A stretch of 64,000 bases of DNA from an uncultured Clostridia bacterium (GTDB lineage: Bacteria; Acidobacteriota; Aminicenantia; UBA2199), in NCBI GenBank assembly GCA_964479735.1, contig CAYZNT010000005.1, positions 68,194-132,193 on the forward strand. Direction: 5' to 3'. Every line of letters starts with the position of its first letter. Positions within the stretch are counted from its first letter, which is position 1. Below, piece after piece: positions 36,952 to 46,053 of the stretch. The notes under the pieces were generated by a model that saw only the letters and a program-made list of their open reading frames with translations, was not told where the DNA came from and searched no databases. The position numbers were made by a program, and so were the translations under genes.

Positions 36952-37140
36952 ATGAGCCAACCGGCCATTGCCAAGGAACTGCTCGAAATCCTGGTATGCC
37001 CTGCCTGCCACGCCGCGCTCCAGATGCTGGAGTACAAACCGGGCGAATATGGCCTGAAATGCTCCGCCTGTCACGGAGTGTTCCCGATTCGTGACAACAT
37101 CCCGGTCATGCTGATCGAAGAGATGATCCGGGAGTCATGA
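36952..37140 (+). CDS. Trm112/YcaR-family small zinc-ribbon-like protein
   Basis: LLEILVCPACHAAL...LKCSACHGVFPIRDNIPVML is the Trm112 (DUF343) signature; GAGG lies before the ATG. The E. coli homologue ycaR sits between lpxK and kdsB. Confidence 0.85.
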   Translation: MSQPAIAKELLEILVCPACHAALQMLEYKPGEYGLKCSACHGVFPIRDNIPVMLIEEMIRES

Positions 37141-38180
37141 GCCGGGAGGGGCGCGCTGGAGAAGGTCACGCGGCACCGGCCCGGGATGTGGTATTCATAC
37201 GCCCGCGACTGCTGGGCGATATCGTTTTCACCATCCCCTCCATCGAACTGTGGCGCCGGCATTTCCCGCGGGACCGCATCCACTACGTGGTGGAGGAGAG
37301 GTTCCGCGAGCTGGCGGAGCTGATCCCCGGCCTGCATGCGGTCATCCCGGTTCCGGGTAAGCCTGGGGCGGGAGACATCCTGAACTTTCGCCGCCGGCTG
37401 CGGGCGCTGCCTGCCGAACTGGTGGTCGATTTCCACTCCGGCCCGACCAGCGCATTGCTCACCCGGGCCAGCGGGGCCACGGTGCGCATCGGCTACCGCA
37501 CGCCGAACCGCAACTGGGCCTACACCTGCCTGGTGCCGCGCCAGGTTCCGGGAGCCCCCCCTGGCCACTCGGTCGCCAACCAGGCCCGGCTGCTGGAGCC
37601 GGTTGGCATCCGTCCCGACGGGCTGCCTGACTATCCCGCGCTGTCCGCCGCCGCATGGCCGATGCCGGCCGGTCTGCCCAGGCCGTCGGAATGGAAGCGG
37701 ACGGTCATCCTGCACGTGGGCGCCGGCAACCGTTTCCGCGACTGGGGGGAAGACCATTTCCGCGATCTTGCCGCCCGGCTGCTGGCCGGCGGACTGTCGG
37801 TGGCGCTCATCGGCCAGGCTCCCGCCGAGGTGCAGCGCGGCGCCCGGCTGACGTCCGCCCTGCCGGAGCTCATCGATTGGACCGGCCGCCTAGGCATCCG
37901 GTCCATGCTGGCCGGCATCGCCCGAGCGGCTGCCTACGTGGGCGCCGATTCGGGGCCGCTGCACCTCGCTTCGCTCACCTCTACGCCGCTGGTGGCCTTG
38001 TACGGACCGAATCTGACCTCCGTCAGCGGCCCCTGGCGAAGCCGCGGCGTCACCATCGTCCAACTGGAGATGACCTGCCGGCCGTGCTCCCAACGCCGTT
38101 GCCGCCATGATACAATAGCCTGCATGCACGACATCCCCGTGGCCAGTGTCCATGAAGCCGTGGTTCGACATATCCGCTGA
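37137..38180 (+). CDS. glycosyltransferase family 9 (ADP-heptose:LPS heptosyltransferase-like)
   Basis: GT9 features IRPRLLGDIVFTIPS and C-terminal GADSGPLHLA. ATGA overlap with the upstream gene; an alternative GTG start near 37185 is possible. Confidence 0.8.
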   Translation: MSREGRAGEGHAAPARDVVFIRPRLLGDIVFTIPSIELWRRHFPRDRIHYVVEERFRELAELIPGLHAVIPVPGKPGAGDILNFRRRLRALPAELVVDFHSGPTSALLTRASGATVRIGYRTPNRNWAYTCLVPRQVPGAPPGHSVANQARLLEPVGIRPDGLPDYPALSAAAWPMPAGLPRPSEWKRTVILHVGAGNRFRDWGEDHFRDLAARLLAGGLSVALIGQAPAEVQRGARLTSALPELIDWTGRLGIRSMLAGIARAAAYVGADSGPLHLASLTSTPLVALYGPNLTSVSGPWRSRGVTIVQLEMTCRPCSQRRCRHDTIACMHDIPVASVHEAVVRHIR

Positions 38181-39345
38181 GCCGGCCTACCGGCTGCTGC
38201 AGGTGTTTCTCTTCCTGCTGCCCTTCTCCATCGCCGGCAGCTACCTGCTCTTCACCCCCCTGCTCCTGCTATGGCTGACCGACTTTTGGCGCCATGGCCT
38301 TCGCCCCCCCTCGCCGCGCTGGTTCATTTTCCTCCTGGTGTTTGCCGGGCTCACCCTGCTGTCGTCCATCTTTTCCATCGCCCCCTTGGAAAGTTTCAAG
38401 GACAACCGCGACCTGCTGACCCTGCTGCTGGTGCCGGTGTGTTTGCGCGTCCTCCGTTCGCCGAAACGGGTCGCCGGGGCCCTCGGCGCGGTGCTGTTCT
38501 CGGCCCTGCTGTCGGCCCTGACCGGGCTGGTCCAGGCGTGGCGACACGGCTACTCCCTCGACGCCCGGCTGAAGGGCTTCACCTCGCACTGGATGACCTA
38601 TTCCGGGCTGCTGATGATGGCCCTGGTCTTCTTCCTGGTGGCGGTCCTGCTGCGCGAGAAACGCTGGCCCGGGTGGCTGTTGCTGTTGTCTCTCGGGCTG
38701 ATGGGAGTCGCCCTGCTGTTGGGGGAGACCCGATCCGCCTGGTTGGGAGCCGGGCTGGCGATGTTTCTTTTCATCGTTTTCATGCGCCCGAAAGCCCTGC
38801 TGATGGCGGCCCCGCTGCTGGCCGGCCTGTTGTTTCTCCTCCCCGCGCCGGTCCGCCAGCGCATGGCCTCCATCGTGAACCCGGACGATCCCAGCAACCG
38901 CACCCGCATCCAGATGATGCACAGCGGCTGGCGGCTTTTCCTCGATCACCCGCTGACCGGAGTCGGCAGCAACGCCGTGCCCCGGGCGATCGCCGACCGT
39001 CCGGAGCGATACCTGCATCCCGAGGCCGACCGCAGCCTTCAGCACCCCCACCTGCACAACAATTTCCTTCAACTCCTGGCCGAGCGGGGGATCTTTTCCC
39101 TGCTGGCCTTCTTGGCCTTCTGCTTCGAGGCCGTGCGCGACCTGGCCCGGCGCACGCGCCGGGCGACGCCCGGCATGCGCTTCGCTCCCGCCGGCGGCCT
39201 GTTCGCCTTCGTGGCCTTCCTGGTCGCCGGGCTGTTCGAGTTCAATTTCGGCGACGCCGAGGTCCGTTTCCTGATGCTCTTCTTCCTCGCGCAGGCCTGC
39301 GCGGGGAGCCCGGGAGAAGCACATGATCAGCCTGAAGAGAGTTGA
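38146..39345 (+). CDS. O-antigen ligase / O-antigen polymerase family membrane protein
   Basis: About 10-12 TM helices; GETRSAWLG loop motif of the Wzy_C/O-antigen ligase domain. Confidence 0.8.
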   Translation: MSMKPWFDISAEPAYRLLQVFLFLLPFSIAGSYLLFTPLLLLWLTDFWRHGLRPPSPRWFIFLLVFAGLTLLSSIFSIAPLESFKDNRDLLTLLLVPVCLRVLRSPKRVAGALGAVLFSALLSALTGLVQAWRHGYSLDARLKGFTSHWMTYSGLLMMALVFFLVAVLLREKRWPGWLLLLSLGLMGVALLLGETRSAWLGAGLAMFLFIVFMRPKALLMAAPLLAGLLFLLPAPVRQRMASIVNPDDPSNRTRIQMMHSGWRLFLDHPLTGVGSNAVPRAIADRPERYLHPEADRSLQHPHLHNNFLQLLAERGIFSLLAFLAFCFEAVRDLARRTRRATPGMRFAPAGGLFAFVAFLVAGLFEFNFGDAEVRFLMLFFLAQACAGSPGEAHDQPEES

Positions 39346-40300
39346 CGACATCTGCTCCGCGTTCGCCGGCAAGCGCGTGCTCGTCGTCGGTGACGTCATT
39401 CTGGACCGCTACGTGTTCGGCTCCGTCGAGCGCATCTCCCCGGAAGCGCCGGTGCCGGTGGTCAAGGTGGCGCGCGAGGAGATTCGCCTGGGCGGGGCCG
39501 GCAACGTCGCCGCCAACATCGACCGCCTGGGCGGCCGTGGCCTTCTGGTCGGGCTGGCCGGCGAGGACGGTGACGCCGACCTCATCACCGCCGCCAAGGG
39601 TGGAGACTGCCACCTCGTCCGCTCCGGGACATGCGCCACCATCGTCAAGACGCGCATCGTCGCCCAGCGCCAGCAGGTGGTGCGCGTCGACCGCGAGGAA
39701 TCCCTGCATCCGCGTGCCATCGACGAGCGGCGGCTGATCGCCCTGGTGCGCAAGCTGCCGTTCGACGGCGTGGTCGTGTCGGATTACGCCAAGGGAACGG
39801 TCGGCGGGGGGCTGATGGACGCTCTGCGCGAGAAGTGCCACCGCCTGGGTCTCCCCCTGCTGGTCGACCCCAAGCCGCAGCATGCACAGTTCTACCGAGG
39901 CGTCACCGGTATCACCCCCAACCTCCGGGAGGCGGAGACGCTGCTCGGCCGCCCGCTGGGCGATGGAGCCGGCCTGCGGCGCGGCCTGCTGCGCCTGCGC
40001 CGGCAGTTCCGCAGCCGGTTCGTGGTCGTCACCCGCGGCGAGCAGGGCATTTCCGCGGCCGAGGCCGGCCGGCGCGCCTTTCACCTGCCGGCCTACTCGC
40101 ACGAGGTGTTCGACGTGACCGGCGCCGGGGACACGGTGGCGGCCGTGCTGGCCCTGACGCTCGCGGCCGGCGCCGACCTGCGCGAGGCGATCGCGCTGGC
40201 CAATGCCGCCGCTTCGGTGGTGGTGGAGAAGATCGGCACCTGGCCAGTCTCCGCCACCGAGCTCCGCGAACGGGCGCGCCTGATCCGCCACCGCCATTGA
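39323..40300 (+). CDS. hldA: D-glycero-beta-D-manno-heptose-7-phosphate kinase (HldE kinase domain only; PfkB family)
   Basis: RVLVVGDVILDRYVFG, GGAGNVAAN and DVTGAGDT (PfkB signature). It is 325 aa with no adenylyltransferase domain. Confidence 0.88.
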   Translation: MISLKRVDDICSAFAGKRVLVVGDVILDRYVFGSVERISPEAPVPVVKVAREEIRLGGAGNVAANIDRLGGRGLLVGLAGEDGDADLITAAKGGDCHLVRSGTCATIVKTRIVAQRQQVVRVDREESLHPRAIDERRLIALVRKLPFDGVVVSDYAKGTVGGGLMDALREKCHRLGLPLLVDPKPQHAQFYRGVTGITPNLREAETLLGRPLGDGAGLRRGLLRLRRQFRSRFVVVTRGEQGISAAEAGRRAFHLPAYSHEVFDVTGAGDTVAAVLALTLAAGADLREAIALANAAASVVVEKIGTWPVSATELRERARLIRHRH

Positions 40301-41409
40301 ACCGCCTGGACCTCGTCAAGGCCCTGGCGCCTGGTTTTCTGCCCCTCCTGGTCTTCCTGCTCGCCGATTCCCTGTGGGGGACGGAGGTCGGCCTGGCGGT
40401 GGCCATCGCCAGCGGCCTGCTGGAGCTGGGGGCAAGCGGGTGGCGAAGGGGCGAGCTCGACCGGTTCGTCCTGCTGGACACCGGCCTGATCGTGGTCCTC
40501 GGCGGCGTCTCGCTGCTCCTGGACAACGACATCTTCTTCCTCCTGAAGCCGGCCCTGATCGAGGCGCTGCTGTGCGCCTTCCTGGCCGTTTCCATCTTCA
40601 CCCCGCACAACCTGCTGCTGGGGCTGACCCGCCGCTACCTGCGCGGTATCGACATTTCCGACTCCCAGGAACGGGAGATGATGCGCAGTTTCCGCCTGTT
40701 GCTGGCGCTGCTGGCCGGCCACACGCTGCTGGTCGTGTTCGCCGCCCTCTTCCTGTCGCGCGCCGCCTGGGGGTTCATCAGCGGGGGCCTGTTCTACATC
40801 GTCTTTGTCCTGTTCCTGGGTGCGGAATGGCTTCGCAAACGGCGCCAGCGACGGCTCTGGCGGGAGCAGTACCGCGATGACGAGTGGTTCGACATCGTCG
40901 ATCGGCAGGGTCGGGTCAGGGGGCGCGCCCCCCGCACGGTCTGCCATTCCGGGCGGGGCCTGCTGCACCCCGTCGTTCACCTGCACGTGCTGAACGGGGC
41001 CGACCAGCTGCTGCTGCAGAAGCGCTCCGCCGCCAAGGCCGTGCAGCCGGGAAAATGGGACACCGCCGTGGGCGGCCACGTGCACAGCGGCGAGACCGTG
41101 GAAACGGCGCTTCGCCGCGAAGCGCTGGAAGAGATCGGGCTGCGGGACTTCCGGCCCGTGCTGCTGGCCCGCTATGTCTGGGAGTCGGACATCGAGTCCG
41201 AGCTGGTCACCATGTATGCCACCCGCAGCGCGCAGCCGGTGACGATCGATCCCGGCGAGATCAGCGAGGCGCGATTCTGGAAGATCAGGAAGATCCGCGA
41301 GTCCCTGGGCAAGGGGGTGCTGACTCCCAACTTCGAATTCGAGTTTCCGATCCTGCAGCGCCTTCTCTTCGGACAGAATGAAACCGAACCGAGAAAGGAG
41401 AGGGGCTAG
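40297..41409 (+). CDS. membrane-anchored Nudix hydrolase (N-terminal ~6-TM domain + C-terminal Nudix fold)
   Basis: Nudix box GGHVHSGETVETALRREALEEIGL. The N-terminal 200 aa are hydrophobic. The only in-frame start before the first TM helix is TTG 40297 overlapping the hldA stop, so the start coordinate is uncertain. Confidence 0.6.
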   Translation: MNRLDLVKALAPGFLPLLVFLLADSLWGTEVGLAVAIASGLLELGASGWRRGELDRFVLLDTGLIVVLGGVSLLLDNDIFFLLKPALIEALLCAFLAVSIFTPHNLLLGLTRRYLRGIDISDSQEREMMRSFRLLLALLAGHTLLVVFAALFLSRAAWGFISGGLFYIVFVLFLGAEWLRKRRQRRLWREQYRDDEWFDIVDRQGRVRGRAPRTVCHSGRGLLHPVVHLHVLNGADQLLLQKRSAAKAVQPGKWDTAVGGHVHSGETVETALRREALEEIGLRDFRPVLLARYVWESDIESELVTMYATRSAQPVTIDPGEISEARFWKIRKIRESLGKGVLTPNFEFEFPILQRLLFGQNETEPRKERG

Positions 41410-41417
41410 AGGGGGAA

Positions 41418-41489
41418 CAGCCCGTAGGGGAGTCGAACCCCTCTTCTAAGATTGAAAATCTTATGTCCTAACCGATAGACGAACGGGCC
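41418..41489 (-). tRNA. tRNA-Glu (anticodon TTC)
   Basis: Reverse complement GGCCCGT TC GTC TATCGGTTAG GAC A TAAGA TTTTCAA TCTTA GAAG AGGGG TTCGACT CCCCT ACGGGCT G. The 3-bp D-stem and TTC anticodon match the bacterial tRNA-Glu layout. Confidence 0.8.
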
Positions 41490-41493
41490 TCTC

Positions 41494-41566
41494 TGAGCCG
41501 TGCTGGATTCGAACCAGCGGCACCCGCCTTAAAAGGGCGGTGCTCTGCCAGCTGAGCTAACGGCCC
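41494..41566 (-). tRNA. tRNA-Lys (anticodon TTT)
   Basis: Reverse complement GGGCCGT TAGCTCAGCTGGCAGAGC A CCGCC CTTTTAA GGCGG GTGCC GCTGG TTCGAAT CCAGC ACGGCTC A. Sits 4 nt from tRNA-Glu. Confidence 0.85.
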
Positions 41567-41679
41567 ATCCTTGGCGCTTGGAAATGTACCATACTGGAGT
41601 CGCCGTGTCAATGGGCGCCCGCCCGACGCGGGCGAACCGGCCGGCGGCCGGAACGTTCCGCCGCCGGCCGGAATGGAGG

Positions 41680-42357
41680 TCAGTCGAGGAAAATGTGCAG
41701 GCCGGCCATGATCGCCGGGCCGCCCATGTCCAGGGGCTCGAAATCCTCGAAGTCGCTGGAGAGCGTTCCCTTCAGATACTGGTACTTGCCTTCGATCGAC
41801 AGGCCCAGGCCGCGACTGGGGCGGAAGAGAAAGCCGAAACGGGCGCTGAACCCCGGCGAGACGGTCTGGGTGAACGCACTGCCCTCCTGCAGGGTCAGCG
41901 GGTCGTCCTCGAAGTTGATGAATTCGCCCCACTGCTCGTAGGTCCAGGCGTAGACGCCACCGGCCACGGCGAGATAGGGGGAGAAGGGGCGGCGGTGACC
42001 GAGAAGGTAGAAGGTGAAGACGGCTTCGATGGGCGTAACCTTCAGGGAAATGCTCTGGAAGATCGGCGCGCCGTCGGCGTGCTCATAATCTCGGTATTGG
42101 CTGTGGCGGGATCGCGAATAGGAACCGACTTCCAGGCCAACCGCCACATTGCGGTTGAGGAACATCTCATAGCCAACGGCGACCATGCCGTCGACCATGT
42201 CGCGCTTGGCGAAGGCCAGGTTTTCGATGTTGACCGCCCACAGGTCGGAGTTGAGGGTCGGCATGAACACCCCGACCTTCACGTCCAGGCTCTGGGCAGT
42301 CAAGGCGAGAGGGGCCATCAGCAGGGCAGCGGCAAGTACGGTTCGAAAGCGTTTCAT
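41680..42357 (-). CDS. outer-membrane beta-barrel protein (OmpW/OmpA-like 8-strand family)
   Basis: Signal peptide MKRFRTVLAAALLMAPLALTAQS, alternating amphipathic beta-strands, and a C-terminal aromatic residue pattern (GLHIFLD). GGAGG lies before the ATG. Confidence 0.75.
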   Translation of the reverse strand: MKRFRTVLAAALLMAPLALTAQSLDVKVGVFMPTLNSDLWAVNIENLAFAKRDMVDGMVAVGYEMFLNRNVAVGLEVGSYSRSRHSQYRDYEHADGAPIFQSISLKVTPIEAVFTFYLLGHRRPFSPYLAVAGGVYAWTYEQWGEFINFEDDPLTLQEGSAFTQTVSPGFSARFGFLFRPSRGLGLSIEGKYQYLKGTLSSDFEDFEPLDMGGPAIMAGLHIFLD

Positions 42358-42465
42358 GTTGACCTCCTGCTCCTTGAAAAGCAAGTTATTTGCCAAACCT
42401 CCGGTGCGTGGAGGGCTACAATGTGTCCCCCCCGGAGGACACCCATGGCGCAGCGGCAGGCCACT

Positions 42466-42774
42466 TTATGGCTGCAGGTGAGGCAGGAACTTCTCCTTCC
42501 GGGGAACGGAATTGAAACGCGCCACTTCCAGCCCATCGCGAAAGAGGATCAGGGTGGGCACGCCCAGCACGAAGAAGCGCTGCGCCACGGCCGGCTCCTC
42601 GACGATGTCGAGGGTGAATACGGCCGGTTTCGGATCGGGCAGGGACGCGAGCAGCTCCTCCAGCTGGGCGGGGACTTTCTTGCAGGGAGCGCAGCCGGGA
42701 GAGCCGAAATCGAGAATGACGTGACGGGAGGAGCGCAGGTCCTGCTCCAGGGTTGCAGTTCCGGTCTTGTTCAC
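42466..42774 (-). CDS. trxA: thioredoxin
   Basis: [13 protein letters not shown] active site and thioredoxin fold length (102 aa). Overlaps the upstream tlpA-like gene by 4 nt. Confidence 0.85.
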   Translation of the reverse strand: MNKTGTATLEQDLRSSRHVILDFGSPGCAPCKKVPAQLEELLASLPDPKPAVFTLDIVEEPAVAQRFFVLGVPTLILFRDGLEVARFNSVPRKEKFLPHLQP

Positions 42775-44003
42775 GGTTTTTCCTCCAGCAGTTCTTCCGC
42801 CTGCCGGTTCAGGGCGGCGATGGCGGTGGCACCGGTGGCCAGTTGGCGGACGATGCCCTGACGGTCGATGAGGGCCAGGGTCGGCAGGGCGGTCACGTGG
42901 AACGCGGCGAAGGTTCCGCCCTGGCGGTCAACGGCCAGCGGGTAGGAGATGCCGTGGCGCCTGGCGAAGTCTCGGATGAGGGCCGTCTCTTCGTCCGGCT
43001 TGACCGCGCCCCGGCTGCCCCTGTCGTCCGCGTAATTCCCGTACAGCCTGGTCAGTCCGACCACCACCAGGCCGCGGCCGGCGAGATCGCGGGCCATCCG
43101 GGAGACTGACGGCATGCTGTCGCGGCAGGGCTGGCACCAGGGGGCCCAGAAGTTGACGAGCACCACCCGGCCCCTCAGGTTGGCCGGAGACGGCGGCGGA
43201 CCATTGAGCCAGAGATCGATGCTCCAGGGCAGGGCGGGTTTGCCGATCTGCTCGAGTTGACCGAGTTCGCCGCGCAGCCAGTCGGACTCGAGCGGATCGC
43301 GGGCCGCTCCGAGCTCCTGGCGCATGAGCTCGAGGGCGCCGGTCAGGTCTCCATGGAGTCGGGCGGAATGGGCCAGGCTGGCGATGAGCCGGGGCCGGCT
43401 GGCCTGGAACTCCGCCGGCAGATCGCCGGCGGCCATTAGCCGTCGGCTGAACTCGCGCCGGACATCCGCCGGCTCCGCTTCCATCGCGAAGTACATCATG
43501 AAGCTGAAATAGTGAGGGTCGCGCGGCACCGCCCGGTCGATCTGCCGGAACAGGGCCAGCGCCTCGGGCAGCTGGCGGCGGACGATGTGGATCTTGATCT
43601 TCTCGAATCGGGCCGCGGATGAATGCGGGGAGCCCTTCGCCGCCAGGGCGTCCAGCAGGTTCCCGGCCTCGTCGAAGCGGTCCAGCTCCAGCAGGGCGCG
43701 TCCCCGCAGCAGCGTGAGTTCATCGCCGCCCGGGGCGTCGGCGAAACGGTTTAGCAGGTTCTCCACTTCTCGACGGTGGTCTTTCTGCAGGCGGTTGTAC
43801 TCGTCGCGCAGGCGGACGAAATCGGGCTGGCTGGCCGCCCGGAGCATCCCGGCCGACAGTTCACGGCTCTGGTCGGCATGCTTGCCGGTGATCGCGCCGT
43901 AGGCGTCAGCGAACGCCCGGGTTTTCTCGCGCGTGTCGTTGCGGGTGCAGGAGACGGCGAGCAGCAGGCTGCAGGCCAGCAGGCTCAACGTCGTCTTGCT
44001 CAT
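42771..44003 (-). CDS. TlpA-like thiol:disulfide oxidoreductase lipoprotein with N-terminal TPR-like helical domain
   Basis: Lipoprotein signal [20 protein letters not shown]-terminal redoxin domain [16 protein letters not shown]. Confidence 0.82.
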   Translation of the reverse strand: MSKTTLSLLACSLLLAVSCTRNDTREKTRAFADAYGAITGKHADQSRELSAGMLRAASQPDFVRLRDEYNRLQKDHRREVENLLNRFADAPGGDELTLLRGRALLELDRFDEAGNLLDALAAKGSPHSSAARFEKIKIHIVRRQLPEALALFRQIDRAVPRDPHYFSFMMYFAMEAEPADVRREFSRRLMAAGDLPAEFQASRPRLIASLAHSARLHGDLTGALELMRQELGAARDPLESDWLRGELGQLEQIGKPALPWSIDLWLNGPPPSPANLRGRVVLVNFWAPWCQPCRDSMPSVSRMARDLAGRGLVVVGLTRLYGNYADDRGSRGAVKPDEETALIRDFARRHGISYPLAVDRQGGTFAAFHVTALPTLALIDRQGIVRQLATGATAIAALNRQAEELLEEKP

Positions 44004-44158
44004 GCTTCCTCCCCGGAACGAGGCAGACCGCCCCATTGTATCACAGCCGGTGGCGGCGGCAAAAACGGGGACGGCCAGGCGGGGCCGCCCGTATTGCTTT
44101 TTGTTCCCTGATGGCTTATAAATGGAAGGTGCAATCCAACCACCCAGCGAGGTCATGA

Positions 44159-45988
44159 ATGAGCGAATACCGGGTCAGCAACGGCTACGTGATGTTTTCC
44201 AAGTTGTACGACGACACCATGGGCGAAAACTGGCGCGCCGGCCTGCTGGAGGGGCGCAAGGTCACCCAGCACAAGGTGGTGTGCGAAGTCAATCCGCTCA
44301 TCGCCGGCTCCCCCGAAATGTGGAAACGGGTCCGCATCCTGGAGGAAGGCATCCGCAAGTCCAACATCGCCCGCCTCTACACGCCGGAGAAGATCATCGC
44401 GGAGAACGACAGGGCCCTGCTGGTGTACGACCACCTGAAGGGTCGAAACTTCGAGCAGGTCCTTCAGGACGCCGAGCAGAAGGGAATGCCGATCAACTTC
44501 GACCTGGCCTTCTCCATCGCCATCGCCATCGCCGACATCATCGAATTGGGCTCATCGATCGTCGTCTCCGGAGAGAAATCGTTCCACGGTTTCCTGACGC
44601 CCGACAACGTGATCATCGATTTCGAGGGCAAGATCTACCTCAAGAACTACGGCGTCTTCCAGTACCTCGGCAAGAGCGACGAGCTGCACGCGCAGATGGA
44701 GTCCCGCTACGGCGCCTGGCTGACCCCGGAGTTCATGCGCCGCGACCGAACCCTTTCGCAGTCGGACATCTACCACCTGGGCTTCATCCTCTACCGCATG
44801 CTGACCGGCAAGTACTACTCGTTCTCGTCCGCCGAGGACATGGACACCAAGTTCGCCAACCTGACCTTCAAGCAGTACATCCCGTCGACCGACAAGGACT
44901 TCCTGACCAACGTCATCACCTTCTTCAAGAAAACGCTCAACCCGGATCCGCTGAAGCGCTTCCTGACGGTCAAGGAATTCAAGGACTTCGTTTCCGGCTA
45001 TTTCCATATCGAGGAACTCTCTTCCATCACCTTCAACCTGGCGTATTTCATGAACTCCCTGTACGGCGAGCAGACGGAAGAGGAGGAGCGCCTTCTCAAG
45101 GAAGAACTGGCCTACGCCCTGCCGGAACCGAAGCGAGCCCCGACCGTATCGCCGTTCGTCTCCTCCAAGGCCGATTCCGAGATCGTATCCAACATTCTCG
45201 AGAGCCTGGACAAGGAGAAGAAATCGAAGACCGGCCTGTGGCTCGGCCTGGGCGGAATCGGCCTGGCCGTGGTCGTCGGCGGGCTCATCTTTCTCAACCA
45301 GGCCAAGAAAACGAGGCAGCTGGAGGCGGAACGGGTCCGGGTGCAGCAGGAGCTGGCTGCGAACAAGGCCCAGCAGGACGAGCTGAGAGAGCAGCAGCAG
45401 CGGCTGCTCGAACAGCAGAAGACCGCCAGCGAGCAGGAAAAGAAGGCGCTGGAAGAGAAACTCAAGCAGATCGAGGACCAGCAGAAGAAGGCCAGGGATC
45501 AGGCCGCGCTGCTGGAGAAGCAGAAGGCGGCCGAGGCGGCCCAGAAGGCGCAGGAAGAGCAGGACCGGCTGGCGGCCGAGGAAGCGGAGCGACAGAAGCA
45601 GGCCGAGGCGGAGAAGCAGAAAGCGGCCGAGGAGGAGCGCCGCAAAGTCGAAGAGGCCAAGAAGCAGGCGGAGATGCAGAAGGTCAAGGAAGGCGACACC
45701 GTGGCCCTGAGCGACGCCTCCGTCAAGCCGGAACGGCTCTCCACCCCGCAGCCGGTGGTCACGCCTTCGCTGGCCAAGAAGTACAAGGGCAAGACCATCT
45801 CCGCCACCATCACCGCGCTCGTCGACGAGAACGGCTCCATCGCCAAGAGCAAGTTCCTGGGCGACGTTCCCGACGACATCCGGTCCCTGATCCTCGAGGC
45901 GCTGGCCCAGTGGAAATACAAGCCCGCCCAGAAGGACGGCGTGCGGGTCAAGGTGTGGGTGACGATCCCGCTGAAGTTCGTGCTCTGA
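44159..45988 (+). CDS. pseudokinase-domain / TM / coiled-coil / TonB C-terminal domain fusion protein
   Basis: N-terminal protein-kinase-like fold with HGFLTPDNV in place of HRDLKPxN (catalytic Asp lost), NYG in place of DFG, and APE-like LTPEF...[18 protein letters not shown] helix [21 protein letters not shown]; about 180 aa of E/K/Q-rich coiled coil; C-terminal TonB_C-like domain ending [12 protein letters not shown]. Confidence 0.7.
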   Translation: MSEYRVSNGYVMFSKLYDDTMGENWRAGLLEGRKVTQHKVVCEVNPLIAGSPEMWKRVRILEEGIRKSNIARLYTPEKIIAENDRALLVYDHLKGRNFEQVLQDAEQKGMPINFDLAFSIAIAIADIIELGSSIVVSGEKSFHGFLTPDNVIIDFEGKIYLKNYGVFQYLGKSDELHAQMESRYGAWLTPEFMRRDRTLSQSDIYHLGFILYRMLTGKYYSFSSAEDMDTKFANLTFKQYIPSTDKDFLTNVITFFKKTLNPDPLKRFLTVKEFKDFVSGYFHIEELSSITFNLAYFMNSLYGEQTEEEERLLKEELAYALPEPKRAPTVSPFVSSKADSEIVSNILESLDKEKKSKTGLWLGLGGIGLAVVVGGLIFLNQAKKTRQLEAERVRVQQELAANKAQQDELREQQQRLLEQQKTASEQEKKALEEKLKQIEDQQKKARDQAALLEKQKAAEAAQKAQEEQDRLAAEEAERQKQAEAEKQKAAEEERRKVEEAKKQAEMQKVKEGDTVALSDASVKPERLSTPQPVVTPSLAKKYKGKTISATITALVDENGSIAKSKFLGDVPDDIRSLILEALAQWKYKPAQKDGVRVKVWVTIPLKFVL

Positions 45989-46053
45989 TCGGCGCCTTCC
46001 GGGGAGAGGCCAACCCGCGGAAGCGGTTCCACCCGTTTCGGGCGGGGTGACGC

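Noticed and set aside
39631-40296. N-terminal 220 aa of track ORF 39631..41409
   Set aside because: This portion overlaps hldA in another frame and is Arg/Pro/Gly-rich junk. Only the part after the hldA stop (from TTG 40297) has TM helices and the Nudix box.
41418-41489. Possible tRNA-Sec (anticodon read as TCA) in the minus-strand tRNA
   Set aside because: Re-registering the anticodon stem (TAAGA/TCTTA) gives a 7-nt loop TTTTCAA with anticodon TTC (Glu), U33 and A37. The 72-nt length and 3-bp D-stem fit tRNA-Glu, not the extended-arm tRNA-Sec.
42410-42445. Hairpin GTGTCC-N8-GGACAC between the thioredoxin operon and the OmpW-like gene as an intrinsic terminator
   Set aside because: On the transcribed (minus) strand it is not followed by a U-tract. 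It may still be a protein-binding palindrome, but the evidence is insufficient.
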